NCBI RefSeq assembly: GCF_038025025.1
Contig: NW_027117340.1
Location: 2,170,001 to 2,234,000, forward strand
Direction of reading: 5' to 3'
From: Phyllosticta citribraziliensis
Taxonomy: Eukaryota
DNA: 64,000 nucleotides
Below the pieces are notes generated by a model that was not told the DNA's origin, ran no database searches, and saw nothing but the letters and a program-made list of their open reading frames with translations. The position numbers were made by a program, and so were the translations under genes. Below, piece after piece: positions 12,178-24,464 of the stretch (position 1 is the stretch's first letter; each line of letters starts with the position of its first letter).

Positions 12178-13490
12178 CTACCTGTACCTCGCGCCATCCT
12201 TCTTCTTGTACGGCAACTTCTCCGGCTTCGGCGCCTTGAACTCAATGTCCGATCCAGGGAGTCTATACTTCTTCGCGATCTCATCTGACCATGGGTCAAA
12301 CTCTGACCTGAAGAAAGTGACACCAACAGGGCTCAGGGAGTTTTTGGCCATCCAGGTACGGAGGTTGAAATTCTGCCTGCCTTTGGATGGTGCTGCGTTT
12401 TCCACGACCTTGCCCGCAGGCTGTTCCGCCACCCAAACCGACATGCGGTGGTACGGCGCACCCTTGATGGCGGCTGGTGGAAGCCACGGCAAGACGACTT
12501 GGGATTCCGAAAGCTGTCCGAGATGGACAGTCTTTTGCGTGGGGGAAATCGGGATGTTGGTAGCGATGAAATGGCAGCGGTGATCAAAGGTGTCTTTTTT
12601 GATATTCGGCACATCCGAATCGACAACCACAATGGACACCAATATCTCTCCTGCGTTGAAAACTTGAATGTCAAGTGTGCCGGGGTTCTCAGATGTCCGC
12701 GAGTCTACAAAGTCGCCCGTGCGGACCTTGCGCTTGCCGAAAGCCAGGTTGACGTCGGCGGTAGGATGGAATGGGTTGTAGACGTCAGGAATGACGTACA
12801 TCTGTTCGAGACGCTGCTTGAGGATTTTGAGCTTGTACGATCGCCACTTCTTGTCGGCGAGATAGCGATAGATGGGTTTGTTCATGTCGCCTGAATCACA
12901 GCACTTAGCGCGTGCCTAGTCCGCGGATTGCAATCATACGAACCTAATCCGTCCTCGAACCTCTTCTTGATCAATGGGTCGTTGATGTCCGCGAGAATCT
13001 TGAGCTGCTCCAGCTGATTCTGCATGCTGCGCAGCCTGTTCTGCTTCTCCCACTCGCCACCCGACACAGAGGGATCCTGTTCCTTCAGTCTCTGTATCCT
13101 CCCGCGCATAGTCTCGATGGCCTTGAGCTTCTCCGCTCGCTCCTCAATGAGCACCTTGCGAGCCTCCTGGAAACATTGGTATGGCAGCTGCTCAAAAGGT
13201 ATCTCTTCCGCGGTGCGTGCAATGGCGGCGCGGCGTCTTCGGGAGCCAATGGGAAAGACTCCGGTCTTGATGAGCTCTTTCTCGTCGGCGGGACGATAGA
13301 CGCGATTGGGATCGAGCGTGAGATTGGTCGGAGGCGTGGACGTCGATGATTGTGCTTCGACTTCCTCCGCGACGGCCGGGGTGGTTGTGAAGCTACGCGC
13401 TTGTAGAGCAGAGAGCCGTGCTGGCCGAAGCTGGCCTGTACATCTCACGCAGGCCTGTAATGGCCTGGTAGCCTGTTTGGCGGCAGACAT
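12178..13490 (-). CDS. MRPL35: Mitochondrial large ribosomal subunit protein mL38 (PEBP domain)
   Basis: Presequence-like N-terminus. IPFEQLPYQCFQEAR, DINDPLIKKRFEDG|DMNKPIYRYL, VDSDVP and PYHR motifs. One intron. Confidence 0.92.
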
Positions 13491-13694
13491 GGTCGCAAGA
13501 GGTTGGCGCGGTCGTGTGGTGTTGCGGCGATGTTCGCAGACAACCGGAATTTTTGCCAGGTACTCCTCCGCCCAAGCTCCGACGGGATCTCCATCCAACT
13601 CCACCTCCACATTTGACCTTTGCTTCGCCAGCGCAGCTGCTTCCAACGCCTCTCTTTCCTTCAAATACACTATTCGACTTGACTTCCCATCAAA

Positions 13695-14831
13695 ATGGCA
13701 GCTCCTCGACAACTCATACGGCCGGCGCAAGCCCTCACACGTGTTCTAGCCCAACCCTCCTTCTATCCTGCTCGATTCAACCTTGCCGCAAAGCTTCAAA
13801 TACCAGTAGCTCTCCCTATCACGCAGATCCGAACGGCAATTCGCAAACCGTTCACAAAAGACAGGGACAAAGATCCCCGCGTCCAAAAGTCCGTCGTCGA
13901 CGAACAAATCGGCTCCCTCTACGTCAACATAGTCCAGGATGACGGGACATTTGTGCCAAAGCAGCGCCTCAGAGACGTCCTCAAAGACATGGACCGCATC
14001 TCATACTTCCTGCTGCAAGTCGCCAAGGCGCAAGAAGACCACGAACACCCGTATCCCGTTTGCCGAACAGTCCCCAAAGACGAGCTGAGAAACATGGAGA
14101 AGGAAAAGAACAAGAAGAAAAAGACGTGGGACGACCTCACCAAGGTGGTTGAGATTACCTGGTCAATCGCAAAGCACGACCTCGACAACCAAATGAAACG
14201 AATGACGCAATTCCTGGAGCAGGGCCTGCGCGTCGAGGTTGTCCTGGGACCGAAGAAGCGCGGACGTACCGCCACGCCTGAAGAGATTGAAGCTGTGCAC
14301 AAAAAGATAAAGGAAACGGCTGCATCGATCCCTGGCATAAAAGAGTACGCCGAGGCCGAAGGCGAAGTCGGCCGCGTCTTGAGTCTGTTTTACGGCAAAC
14401 CCAAAGAGAAAGTGGCGGAGGAGCAAGAGAAGCAAAAGGAGGAGGCGGCGGCGGCGGCGGCAGAAGCGCAGAAGGCCGAGGACGAGGACACGTCGAAAAA
14501 GTCGAAAAAGGTTTCGAGATACAAGATCAAGGAGGAGGAGAAGCGGAGGCAAGCAGTTGCAGAAGAAATGCAGGCAAGAAATCGGGAGCGTCGAGCTGCA
14601 CTCGAAGATCCTGGGTACCGTAGGCACAGGGGCATGCCCAGACAGGAGAGCAACTACAGACAGGAAAGCGCCTACGAACGAGAGCAAAGAAGGATGAGGG
14701 AAGAGCGCCAACGAGACGCTGACTCGACTCAATCGCCTGCGACTCAAGTCCGAAGACGGCAAACTCAGAATTTGGGAGGGCGGACTGGGTCGTTTCTGAC
14801 CGACCTACGTGCTGATAGGTTCACGCGATGA
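13695..14831 (+). CDS. Mitochondrial translation initiation factor IF-3
   Basis: Presequence-like N-terminus, IF3 N-domain (DEQI..VNIV..PVCR), IF3 C-domain (KVVEITWSIAKHDL..FLEQGLRVEV) and a charged C-terminal extension. Confidence 0.82.
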   Translation: MAAPRQLIRPAQALTRVLAQPSFYPARFNLAAKLQIPVALPITQIRTAIRKPFTKDRDKDPRVQKSVVDEQIGSLYVNIVQDDGTFVPKQRLRDVLKDMDRISYFLLQVAKAQEDHEHPYPVCRTVPKDELRNMEKEKNKKKKTWDDLTKVVEITWSIAKHDLDNQMKRMTQFLEQGLRVEVVLGPKKRGRTATPEEIEAVHKKIKETAASIPGIKEYAEAEGEVGRVLSLFYGKPKEKVAEEQEKQKEEAAAAAAEAQKAEDEDTSKKSKKVSRYKIKEEEKRRQAVAEEMQARNRERRAALEDPGYRRHRGMPRQESNYRQESAYEREQRRMREERQRDADSTQSPATQVRRRQTQNLGGRTGSFLTDLRADRFTR

Positions 14832-15570
14832 AAGAGCGGACATTGATCCTATTGCACACGCAGTCAGGCAACAGAGTTTATGAGACATCGTTGTCCTCTT
14901 GGGTTTGTCTTAGGAGAACTAGAGCCGTGGAATCGGCCCACTTCTCGAGAGCGCTGCACAGCTGCCGCTTGCACCGGCTGTGCGGACTTCTGACATGTGC
15001 ACAGCGCTTAGTCGTGAATCTCAAGACGCCCGAAGGACGAACAAGCTGGCCTGAGGATTTTCAGTATGTGGACACAGGGGCTGGGTGCTTCGCTGTTTTC
15101 AAGACGAAGATGTTTGTGAAAAGCAGAGAGCCTGAGATGCATGAGCCTGTAATAACAAAAGGCAATAGACGTCTTGATAGATTATCATACAGTCAACACA
15201 TAGATGCCCTGGGCAGCAAACGCACGCGGACCCATAGCAGTCCTCGTTAGCCTGGGACCAGACAGAACGTTACAGCATTCATTCAAATTGACAGCTTAAA
15301 GCGAACCAGCCATGCCGAGTTGAAGACAATGCTGTTTGTGATGAAGGGAATTTTGAAACTCTAGATGAAGTGTTTCACTCGAATCCGAGCCACCATCTCA
15401 ATATGGTCTTGGGATGAGCAAGACCAAGACCTCCCGCCCCAACGACAGCCTTGAGCTGCGTTGCCAGCTCGCCATGCCATCTAAACGCCTGGCCATGCCC
15501 TGAAATCAGAACCTCGTCAAAATCATGAATTTTCCCGCAACTCCTCTCGGCCATGCTGTACCGCCGAAGA

Positions 15571-16661
15571 CTAGGCCTTCATCTCCGTATCGACATCCTT
15601 CTGCGGCTGGTGGTCGACCGCAAACACCTTCTCCTTGACCTCCGCTGCCAACAATCCCATCTTCTCCTCTTGTGCAATCTTCTCTCCGGCCCTGGCGAGC
15701 TTCTCGAGGCGCTCATCTTCGCCGGCGCTTGACTTTTCGCTCTTCAACCTGCCCCAGAGGCCTCCGCCAATGCCGTTCTTGGCCGACTCAGCTTCTTGGA
15801 TCTTGCGCGCCAGGTCCGCAATCTGGTTTGTTCCGTAATCACGGTTCGTGAGCAGCGGAGAGGATGAGAGAGTGCCGACCCAGTACTTGTTCCACAAGCT
15901 CTCAAGGATCTTGGAGTCGAGCGTCGACTTGAAATGCGACACCTCGAGCGAGTAGTAGCGGTTGCTGTGCGCGCCAAAGTCTTCGATTTTGCCGAGCGGA
16001 ATTGTCTGAAAGCCATCGCCCGTCGTTGCTGCCTCGGGCTTGTAGTTGTCTGGGTATGTCCTGAACGCGCCAATTTCGACCTTGCCGGCGCTGACAGTGC
16101 GGTCCGGGTCGATGACGACTGCGAGAAATGGGTCGTTGAATGTCTGCTGTTGCACCTGCGTGTTGACGTCGATGCCTGACAGCCAGCAGCCGTATCCCGG
16201 GTGGCTGTGGTACCAGCCGATGGCGTTCTCGAGCTGCCCTGCTTCGCGCGACTTTGACAGGTATTCGACCATGTACTCGTTCGCTTCGTCTTGGGCGTTG
16301 ACACGTGTTTCTGTTCCTTCAACAGGCAAGCGCAGCGCGTCGGTGACGACAAAGGTGTCGCCGTGCACTGAGCCGAGCATGAGGCCCATGACTTCAATTG
16401 AGCCGCCGGATCGCGCGTGCATGACCATCTTTAACAGAGCTACCGCCGAGATTCTGACATGTTTGAACCAATTCGGATCGCTCCTCCAGGGTCGTGCATC
16501 GTTAATGGCTTTTTGGTCGGCGGGAGAGTAGTTGAAGAGGGCGTCGCGGGCAGGGTCAACGAGTTTGATTGAGTTCTCGAGCTCTACAGAACGGTTAGCG
16601 CTTTGAGATAGGCGATGCAGATCGTTGGGCAATTACCCCAGCTCTTGATAGCGTTGTCCAT
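15571..16661 (-). CDS. CSN5: COP9 signalosome subunit 5 (JAMM deneddylase)
   Basis: Short exon 1 MDNAIKSW, then [17 protein letters not shown] and [17 protein letters not shown] (JAMM motif). Confidence 0.96.
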
Positions 16662-17041
16662 GTTGTTTGAGGTGGTGCTGGAGCTGGGTTGTGGTTGGAG
16701 TCGGAGAGGTATGTCGGCGCCAGGTCCCCGTGAGCTACCATGAGTCCGTGCTTAACTCCGGCTTATCGGCGTGGTGCAAACAGATCAAACAGCGTTCCCA
16801 TCCATCTACGGTCTGGTAGTTTCACTTTTCGCGGAAAACATGCACAGCATTTTGTAGCAAACCCGTTCAAGAAAACATGTATTTGTGTCTGGTATCATTT
16901 TATGCATGTCCCAAGCTCATCCAGAGCAACGCCGTAAAAATCCATCGAACGACCGCTTGCCGCAACATCAATCTTTCAACACCCTGACAAGTCCATGACA
17001 GCCCTTGGAGTGGATATACTCCTCGAGTCTGAACCGGCCGC

Positions 17042-20000
17042 CTACCAAATCGTGGCATCCTTGTCGAATCGAACCAATTCCTTGCCAGAGTCCTCCACAT
17101 CTTTCTTCGCTTTCATTCTCATATAGAAGATAGGGCAATCTCTGCTGCTGCAAATGACCTCGTTGTGGACGCTGCCCTGGCATCTTTGACATTGCGTCCA
17201 AAGGCGAGCGAATCGTACCTCGAGCTCGCTAACTTTGGAAAGTGTCTTTTGGTACAACTCTCCAAATCTTGGCCTGCAGTTTTCGCACACTGCCCCGTCT
17301 TTCTCCGTGGCATTGGTCATTGGTTTCTTGCAGCCCATGCATGTGGCAGTCTTCTTCGCAAACTTCATCAACCCGCCCATGGTTGGAGCAGCAACGCTAA
17401 TGGTGCGAGTGTGTTCGCCAGTCAGCAGCTGGGCAGCCTTCTTCTCGCCGAGAATTGGCTCGAAGATACGACCTAGTGGTTTGGACAGTTGGTTGTCGAG
17501 GTAGTATTTGGTATCGATGGGAAGATTGTTTTCCAGAACGTAGATAGGGTCTTCAGACTTCTCGTAGTTTTTGGAATCCGCGGCACCTTTGACAATCACG
17601 TAGGCAACGCGGTCACCCAGGGCTGGTGCAGATCCAGCATCGCGCTTTCTCATGCGTTCGGCGAGCTCGACATGGGCTTGCTTGGCGGCGTAGTCAGACT
17701 TTGAAAGTGCTTTTGTGATCACCAGGTTCGACATGTCGATCTTGTTTTGGAGAAGGTCAGAGATGGTCTCCTTCACAAATCTAGCACCTTGTCAGCTCAT
17801 GTCTTGATTCAAAAACGGGCCATGGCTTACTCTTGAGCACCATTGACGTCTCTGTCAATGAGCAGCATTCGCAGGGAAGTCTCAATGACGGTCTGAACCA
17901 AGCGGCAATTGTCACGGCGGACGGTCTCGATACCTTTCGTATCCATCTTGTCCCACTTGTCCGGTCGGCTGTAGTACAACCCAGCGTACCTTTTCTTGTT
18001 GATGAGCAGGTACGGAAAGTAGACCTTCTCGAACTCAAGCTTGATTGGCTTCACAAACTTGGACGAGACGTGATCGGCTGCTTCTTGTCCAAGCTCCATG
18101 ACTTTCGGTAGGTCCGAAGGTCCAAATTTGATCATGACCGAATCAGTATCGCCGTAGATGACTTGAGAGTCGTGCGAATAGCCGTTGGCTATGGTGTAAT
18201 GTTTCTCGACTTCATCCTTGGTCTTCTCAATCATCTGGCGACCATAACTAGTGGTGCTACTGGCGATTGCCAGGCAAGGTAACTTTCCGTTGGTAGCTCC
18301 AGTCAGACCGTACACGGAATTGGCACTGACTTTCAAAGCAAGTTGGCGACCGTTGAGAATAGCCTTTTTGAATGCATCCGTCTCGATGGCGAGCTCCTTT
18401 TTGGCGCGTTTTCTGGCGCCCAGAAGTTCTTCCAGAATTTGGGACAACAGACCCTTGCGTACTTTTGAAGTGCAAAACATATCGCCATTGGGTGTGACGA
18501 TGTAGTCTTCGTCTTTCTTCAATTTCAGTTTCTCAATAGCAGTCTTGTTCAGCAGCGTGGTGTAACAAAGATTGTGAGCTTGCATGATGCTGGGATAAAG
18601 AGAGGCGAAATCCAGTGTGGCAATAGGCACGTCGTAGTATCCACGTGTCGGTTCGATGACTGTGGCACCTTCATATTGCTCATCCGTGCTGTTTACGGAC
18701 AAGTTCGGAATGACGAGGTCTTGCTCCAAGGCTTTCCGGAAAAGTTGACTTAGGAATTTCACCTGCTGTCCTCTGGAAAGAAGGTAGTTGAAAGGAACAC
18801 CTGTGACTCTGGCCATTTCTGTGTAGTTGACCAAGCACATAAGTTTGTCCATCAAGCGCAGTGGAAGGTACGCGTCTTTCAAGCAGTAAACAGCTAGACG
18901 CCGCCTCGAGTTTTCATCTCCATTGAACAGCTCGGTGATCATGGTGTGGTGGACATCTTCCTTTTGCTCCTTGAGGAAATGGGCGCAGACAGAGTTAAGT
19001 GTATAACTCCGCAATTGATAATCTCGTTGCACCAGCTGAAGCAAGTCCAGTTGTAGACGTCCGTTGGTGTTGGTGGCTTTGGTGTCGCGATTACCCATCT
19101 GTTTGCTGGAAAAATTCGTCTCCTTGGCCTGTGACATGACGTTCCTCAATCGGGACCAGTAAGGGAAAGTACCCAATTTCAGGTGTTTCGCTCTGTCGAG
19201 CAGGTATGGGAAATCGAAATTGGAAATGTTGTAGCCGATGATAACATCAGGGTCGACTTTTTGGAGAAAATCCTTCCATTCCGTGAGCATTTTTTCCTCT
19301 TTTTCGTATGAAAGGACTTGAGCGTTGGTGATTAGAGCGCAAGAGTCTACGCAAAACACGTTTCGAACAAAAGGCTGCTCTTCTCCGTAGCGAGTGACGA
19401 CGTTTGCGATTTGAATGACGGGATCCACGTTCGCCTCGGGGAAAACGCCTTTGCGGCCAGCGCATTCAATGTCGAAAGAGAGGACGCGGAGGGGCGCCAT
19501 TTTGGCCCATTGACCTTCAGCTGGATGGGCCATCAAGTCTCTATAACTTGCCGAAGCTTCGATTTGACAAGTGGATTGTCTGCTGTTGTGCGGGATCATC
19601 CAGTATCTTCCTTCCTTCACGGACACCCAGGACATTCCGGGTAGCTGTCATCGTCAGGAATGACTGAATCACGCTGTAGATTCGGAAGCATACCTTGCAG
19701 TCCACCATGAATCTGAGCACATACTGGATGCTGTCAAAGGTCAAAATGTCGCCTTCCGCGCCCTTCCACAGACCCTTGTAGTTGGCATTTCCGCTTTGAA
19801 TCGTCATGCGCACTCGATTTATGAATTTCGGGTCGGCAACGGTAATTTTGAGGTACGGGCTCTTTTGATTGCCTTGGAAGCCATAGATGTTCTCTTTTTG
19901 CTCAATTTCCACAGAGTGTATCGCGGGTTGGTGCTGAGCTATTTGGGTCTCGAGGTAGGCCTTGAACGGGCGGCAATCACTGGGCTGAAAAGAGATTGGG

Positions 20001-20481
20001 GCGGCGACATAGAGGTAGTGTTTGAAGTCGGTGACATGGAGAAGAACAGAGTGGCCAGCCTGCACCAAATTAGTCAAGTACACGCAGCAGGTGTAGAAAG
20101 CATTACCTCAGTCACTCCAAACAGCTTTACAGTGGTGCTTCCTCCGTGGATTGTTCCCTCTTCGGCGTCAATCTGCTGAAAGCACAGCTCTTGCGATTTG
20201 GGATCGAAGCCATCGAGGCTGGGACGTTCCCATTGTTGGTCCTTCTCCGAGTTGGCATGCTTGAGGTCGCTGATATTTTGCGAAAGCTGCTCCAACTGCT
20301 CCTCGAACTGGCTCTTGGGCTGACTTGAAGAGACGGGGGCAGTTTTGGCAGGAGCTCTGGCAGAGATTCCATTGAGCTTGCGCTTCTTGGCTGACTGCGG
20401 AGAGTCGGCAATGTTGCGGCGGGTGTTTGTCGTCTCAGCGAGGACTCGTTTGGCCGGCGGGGCCATGGTAGCGGCAGGCAT
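17042..20481 (-). CDS. POL3: DNA polymerase delta catalytic subunit, four exons
   Basis: Exonuclease motif [23 protein letters not shown] and YGDTDS motifs; C-terminal CysA and CysB clusters. Confidence 0.97.
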
Positions 20482-20581
20482 ATGGTTTGGTTTGACTGTA
20501 GCGGGCCACGCTACATTGAAGGGCTTTGGTGTTGATGAAGCTCAGGCTAGGGTATGCGTGAAAGGGAAGGCGCGCTCGAGA

Positions 20582-20611
20582 ACGCGAACGCGAACGCGAT
20601 TGGAAACGCGT
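20582..20611. promoter_or_regulatory. Cluster of MCB-like cell-cycle boxes upstream of POL3
   Basis: ACGCG at 20582, 20588 and 20594 and a perfect ACGCGT at 20606, 100-130 bp upstream of the POL3 ATG. Confidence 0.7.
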
Positions 20612-21974
20612 GCCCGCCGCGAGTCAAGAGGCTTGCTCATGTAAGCGCATATCTTGGGCTGCTGAGTCGCTAGTCCACTCCGGCCCAGTTTAACCCGACT
20701 GGAGCAACGATCGTCGCCGTCAGCCGACAGACGACGACGACGACCTGGGACCCGTCTTTTCCTTTCGCCCAGCTTCTAACAATTGAACCTTGACGTCCTG
20801 TCGTCCTCTCGTGCGTTCGCCAAGGTCATACGTCCCAGCAAAAGACTGCAGGCACAACTCCTGCCAAGCACGTTGACCAACGATGCCCTCGACACCAGGA
20901 ACAAGGAGCATTCGTTTGAGACCAAGCCTTGGGTGGATGCCCATCATAGTGCCTGTGGGATACATGCACTCTGCCTTTTACTCCAACTCAGCAGCAAGAG
21001 TCAGCATCCGACTTCTCTCGGACTTTTCACGCCGCAAGCTGGATGCAATTCGGATGCAGCACACCCAAGCTCCGTGCCGATAAAACCGAATTTCGCGCCT
21101 GAAAGACACCCCAGCCATGTGCACGAGTCTCCATTACTCCATTCGTCTGCTTGGATTGGCCGCCGCCCTCTGCCGAAGCGGCAGCTCATGGGCTTTTCTC
21201 TTCCTCGCGGCGGCTGGTGGAGGCTTGCAGAGCTTTGAACCTTTGAGCGATCTCTCGCCGAGATCTGTTCAAGGGCAACTCGAAAACCCAGGAGTACAGT
21301 GACTACAGCACCGCGTCCAAGACCAACTCACAACGACTCTGCGCACCATGAGAGCCACAAGCGAACCCAAAAGCACAGCCCTCCCATCGAACGTAGTAGT
21401 ATATGATGTAAGGACGGGTATCAACCGGAAGGGATGAGAGAGTTCTCTGCAGCATGTGTACCGAAGTCCACCGAGAATTGCTTGCTAACCGCTGCACTGA
21501 CCTTATGACGGAGCCTTTCTGCGGTAGCTTTTTCGCAAACTGCCTAATGCGGTATGGTCTCCCGTCGTCGCTTGAGCTTTCTTTTTGACCGCATCAGACT
21601 CTTGGGCCAAGATCGAGGCATTTGAGTAGCTTGACTGATCGCAGTTTTCCATGACCCTTGTCCATGGGACAGTATGAATACAAACACACATCGCTCCTGT
21701 GTCTGGTTCTTTCACCATCACTGCTCTTTGACAGGTTCAATTTTCACGTAGCACTCTTTTGTCTTATCCTATCCGTAGTTTTGGACCAGCTCGGCAAGGC
21801 CAGGAGCCAGCATCAGGTAAGCTCTTATTCCTGGGTCACAAGGGCCTTTGGTCACTGAGGCGGGAGGTCACTAGGACATAAGTCTGACTTGATATCAGAT
21901 AAACTCAACCAAGGCCATACGGCTCCCCTTTTGCGCCAGACAATTGGTCTCTTCCACTGGATACGGGCATCGCC

Positions 21975-22352
21975 ATGGACCACCACATGAAGAGCTCCCT
22001 GTTCTTGGAGAAAGCCGAGCCCCAGCAGCGGATTCGTGTCTTCGAGTCACTGCGTGACCTTCTAAATGACAAGATTTACCGATTTGAAGTCACTTACGGC
22101 CTTTACGTCATGGACTTTTGGGGAAAGTCGATCGTCTATGCATTCATCGCAATCGCAATCGCCTTTGCCATGTGGCAAGCGATAATACCGCTCTGCGTCG
22201 CGTCATATCGGACATTTTCTCGGAAGCTCATCCTGGAACCAAAGGGCTTCTACTCGTCGATCCAACCTTCTCCGCGGGCTTACTCGACTGCCGTCCTGAT
22301 AAGCAGCGTCGTCGGCAATTTCAACGGTTCAACGACTGCACTGCTCTGGTGA
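21975..22352 (+). CDS. Small membrane protein resembling the serine palmitoyltransferase small subunit family
   Basis: YRFEVTYGLYVMDFWGKSIVY resembles the family motif Y-x-YEVT-x-GLYML-xx-WEK and is followed by one TM helix. GCCATGG start context. Confidence 0.6.
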   Translation: MDHHMKSSLFLEKAEPQQRIRVFESLRDLLNDKIYRFEVTYGLYVMDFWGKSIVYAFIAIAIAFAMWQAIIPLCVASYRTFSRKLILEPKGFYSSIQPSPRAYSTAVLISSVVGNFNGSTTALLW

Positions 22353-24464
22353 AGTCCACTGCTCCACGGTTTCCGAACGACCAAGGCATGGTCTTCCGAG
22401 CTGGTCTGACTTCAGACCATGGTGCTGTGCACCCCCTCCGCGCCACTCGATTGTTCGCAGATGACTATCCAGTCTTCCTACCTGCGCTGCTACAGCCACC
22501 GGTTTCGGTTCCATTATGACGGGCGTTTCTTTTTCAGCGACTCAATACCCTTCTTGCGATCGGCGCCCAGCTCTATTTTGTTTCTTTGCATCACTTTGAA
22601 CGTTTTTCACGGTGAGACGAAGCGCCGATGGCATTCTTGCAGTAACGCTTATTCATGAGGAGTATTCTTTGCGGGACTGTATCTAAGAAATCGACCCGTC
22701 CCTTGATGATAACAGTCTCTGGCGTTACTACTCTACACTTTGTCTATCCGGTTGGTTGGACTGTGGTCATGGCAGCGGTTATGTCACAGTGTGTCAATGC
22801 GATTCTGGCTGGCAGCTAACCTTGCACAGCCTTCCATATTCCCCGCAAAATGACGGGTATACCCGAACGATCAACCTCCCCTGGCTCCACCCTTCTGGGC
22901 AGACATGTTGTCCCTCAGGCTGGGGGATTCGCATGCTTAAATTCATAGGCTCGGGTGGAATTCTGATTGATTCGGTTGTGTCTGTATCGAAGGCGGCGGA
23001 ACCACATTAGGAGCCGAAAAAACATCTGGCACCGCGTCCGCATCGAGCAAGCATCCGTCCACCACCACAGCTGCCATCAGGGAGCTGTCATTCACTTCAA
23101 CAGCTAGACCCCCGGAGCGTCAATTCTTTCCACGCCGCTTTGGAGCCGAAACTGTCAACTCAGACGTCTCATCTATCCAGACCTGACCACAGGTTTCTTG
23201 TGTGCCGATTCTCGGTTTGTTTGTGGCTCTGGCTGCGGTACATTCGCTATCCCTCGACGATACTCACGGGCTCGCTCTACTTCATCTGAAATCTCGGGTA
23301 TTCCGGAATAGTAACAAGGCAGGCCTTTGGTAAACATTTGAAAAAAGTCTCCAGATTTGCCACCTACACTGGCGAAACCTCAGGAACAAATACACACATG
23401 GCTCTTTTCAACGTATCCTCCATTGTGTCTCTAGCAACACGAGCGGTCGACAGTCCGAACCCCCAGCCTTGCTCGATCTCGCACAATCTACGGCAACGAT
23501 AACTAAGGAACACAAGCTTTCTGCGGCTGAGAGTGCCGAGCACTCGGGTCAGCAAGCGATCAAGCTCCCTTAGACGATATGATTGGACCACGGCTCTGAC
23601 AGCAATAGATTTCTGGCCCCCAAAACATCTGCCTGAAATAAACCTTAACCCCCAAAAGACGTCCCGCATCATGCTATCGAGGCTGAATTTCGCGATATCA
23701 ACTGGCCAGATTTGTCGACAATGGAGAAGCGACAAACGATGCGTTAACCCTGACCAAGGACAGCAAGCATCGTTACTTTTCAAAGGCATGAGTTGCGAAC
23801 GATCCCTTCCTCGCAAGCTCAGATGCTTGCCCATCAAAAACAGCAGTCTAACTGCTTTTTAGATGGTGGCTGCTTTGTGTGGAGCAGTTCCGCCCCACAA
23901 CATTCTCAGTCAAGAACAGCCATCTGCAGATCTCGAGCTCTCTTGAGCATGAGCCTCCGGACATCGGTTCTATATTTTGACGCGGACGCACAACAAACAT
24001 AATTTGGCACCATGCAAGATGACGACGCGTCCCGACTGATCCTCAACTGGCACCGAAACGCTGCAAAAGTAATTGTTGACAATCAACATGCGGTGGTCAC
24101 AGAGTATGAAAGAACAATGGGACATTTTTGCGCTTGCTCAAGAGCGACTAATTCGCCTAATCAGCAACGCACGCGGCCCATGCGGAGCCTATTTTGATCA
24201 TCGCTCACGATGGGGCTGTTGTTACACTATCACCATGAGGCCATAGCATTCGGCCCCAAACGAGGGTTCGCCGGTGCAGTCAGCTTTCCCGAACACCTTT
24301 TGACTGGAGCAAATCTTCATAAGCCCCTGGTGTTGACGTCGCTGCGTTCCTGTCTCTCACCGCATCTACGAAATACACACGGGCGCGTGCCTGTGGCCTC
24401 AACAGTACCATCTCCATCGAATTGGCCCCTGCCGGAGGAAGAGAGTCTCGATCTGGTCCGCAAA

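Noticed and set aside
22500..24400. Long intergenic region as a candidate telomerase RNA or snoRNA locus
   Set aside because: No full TAACCCTAA-type template or convincing C/D box pair was seen.
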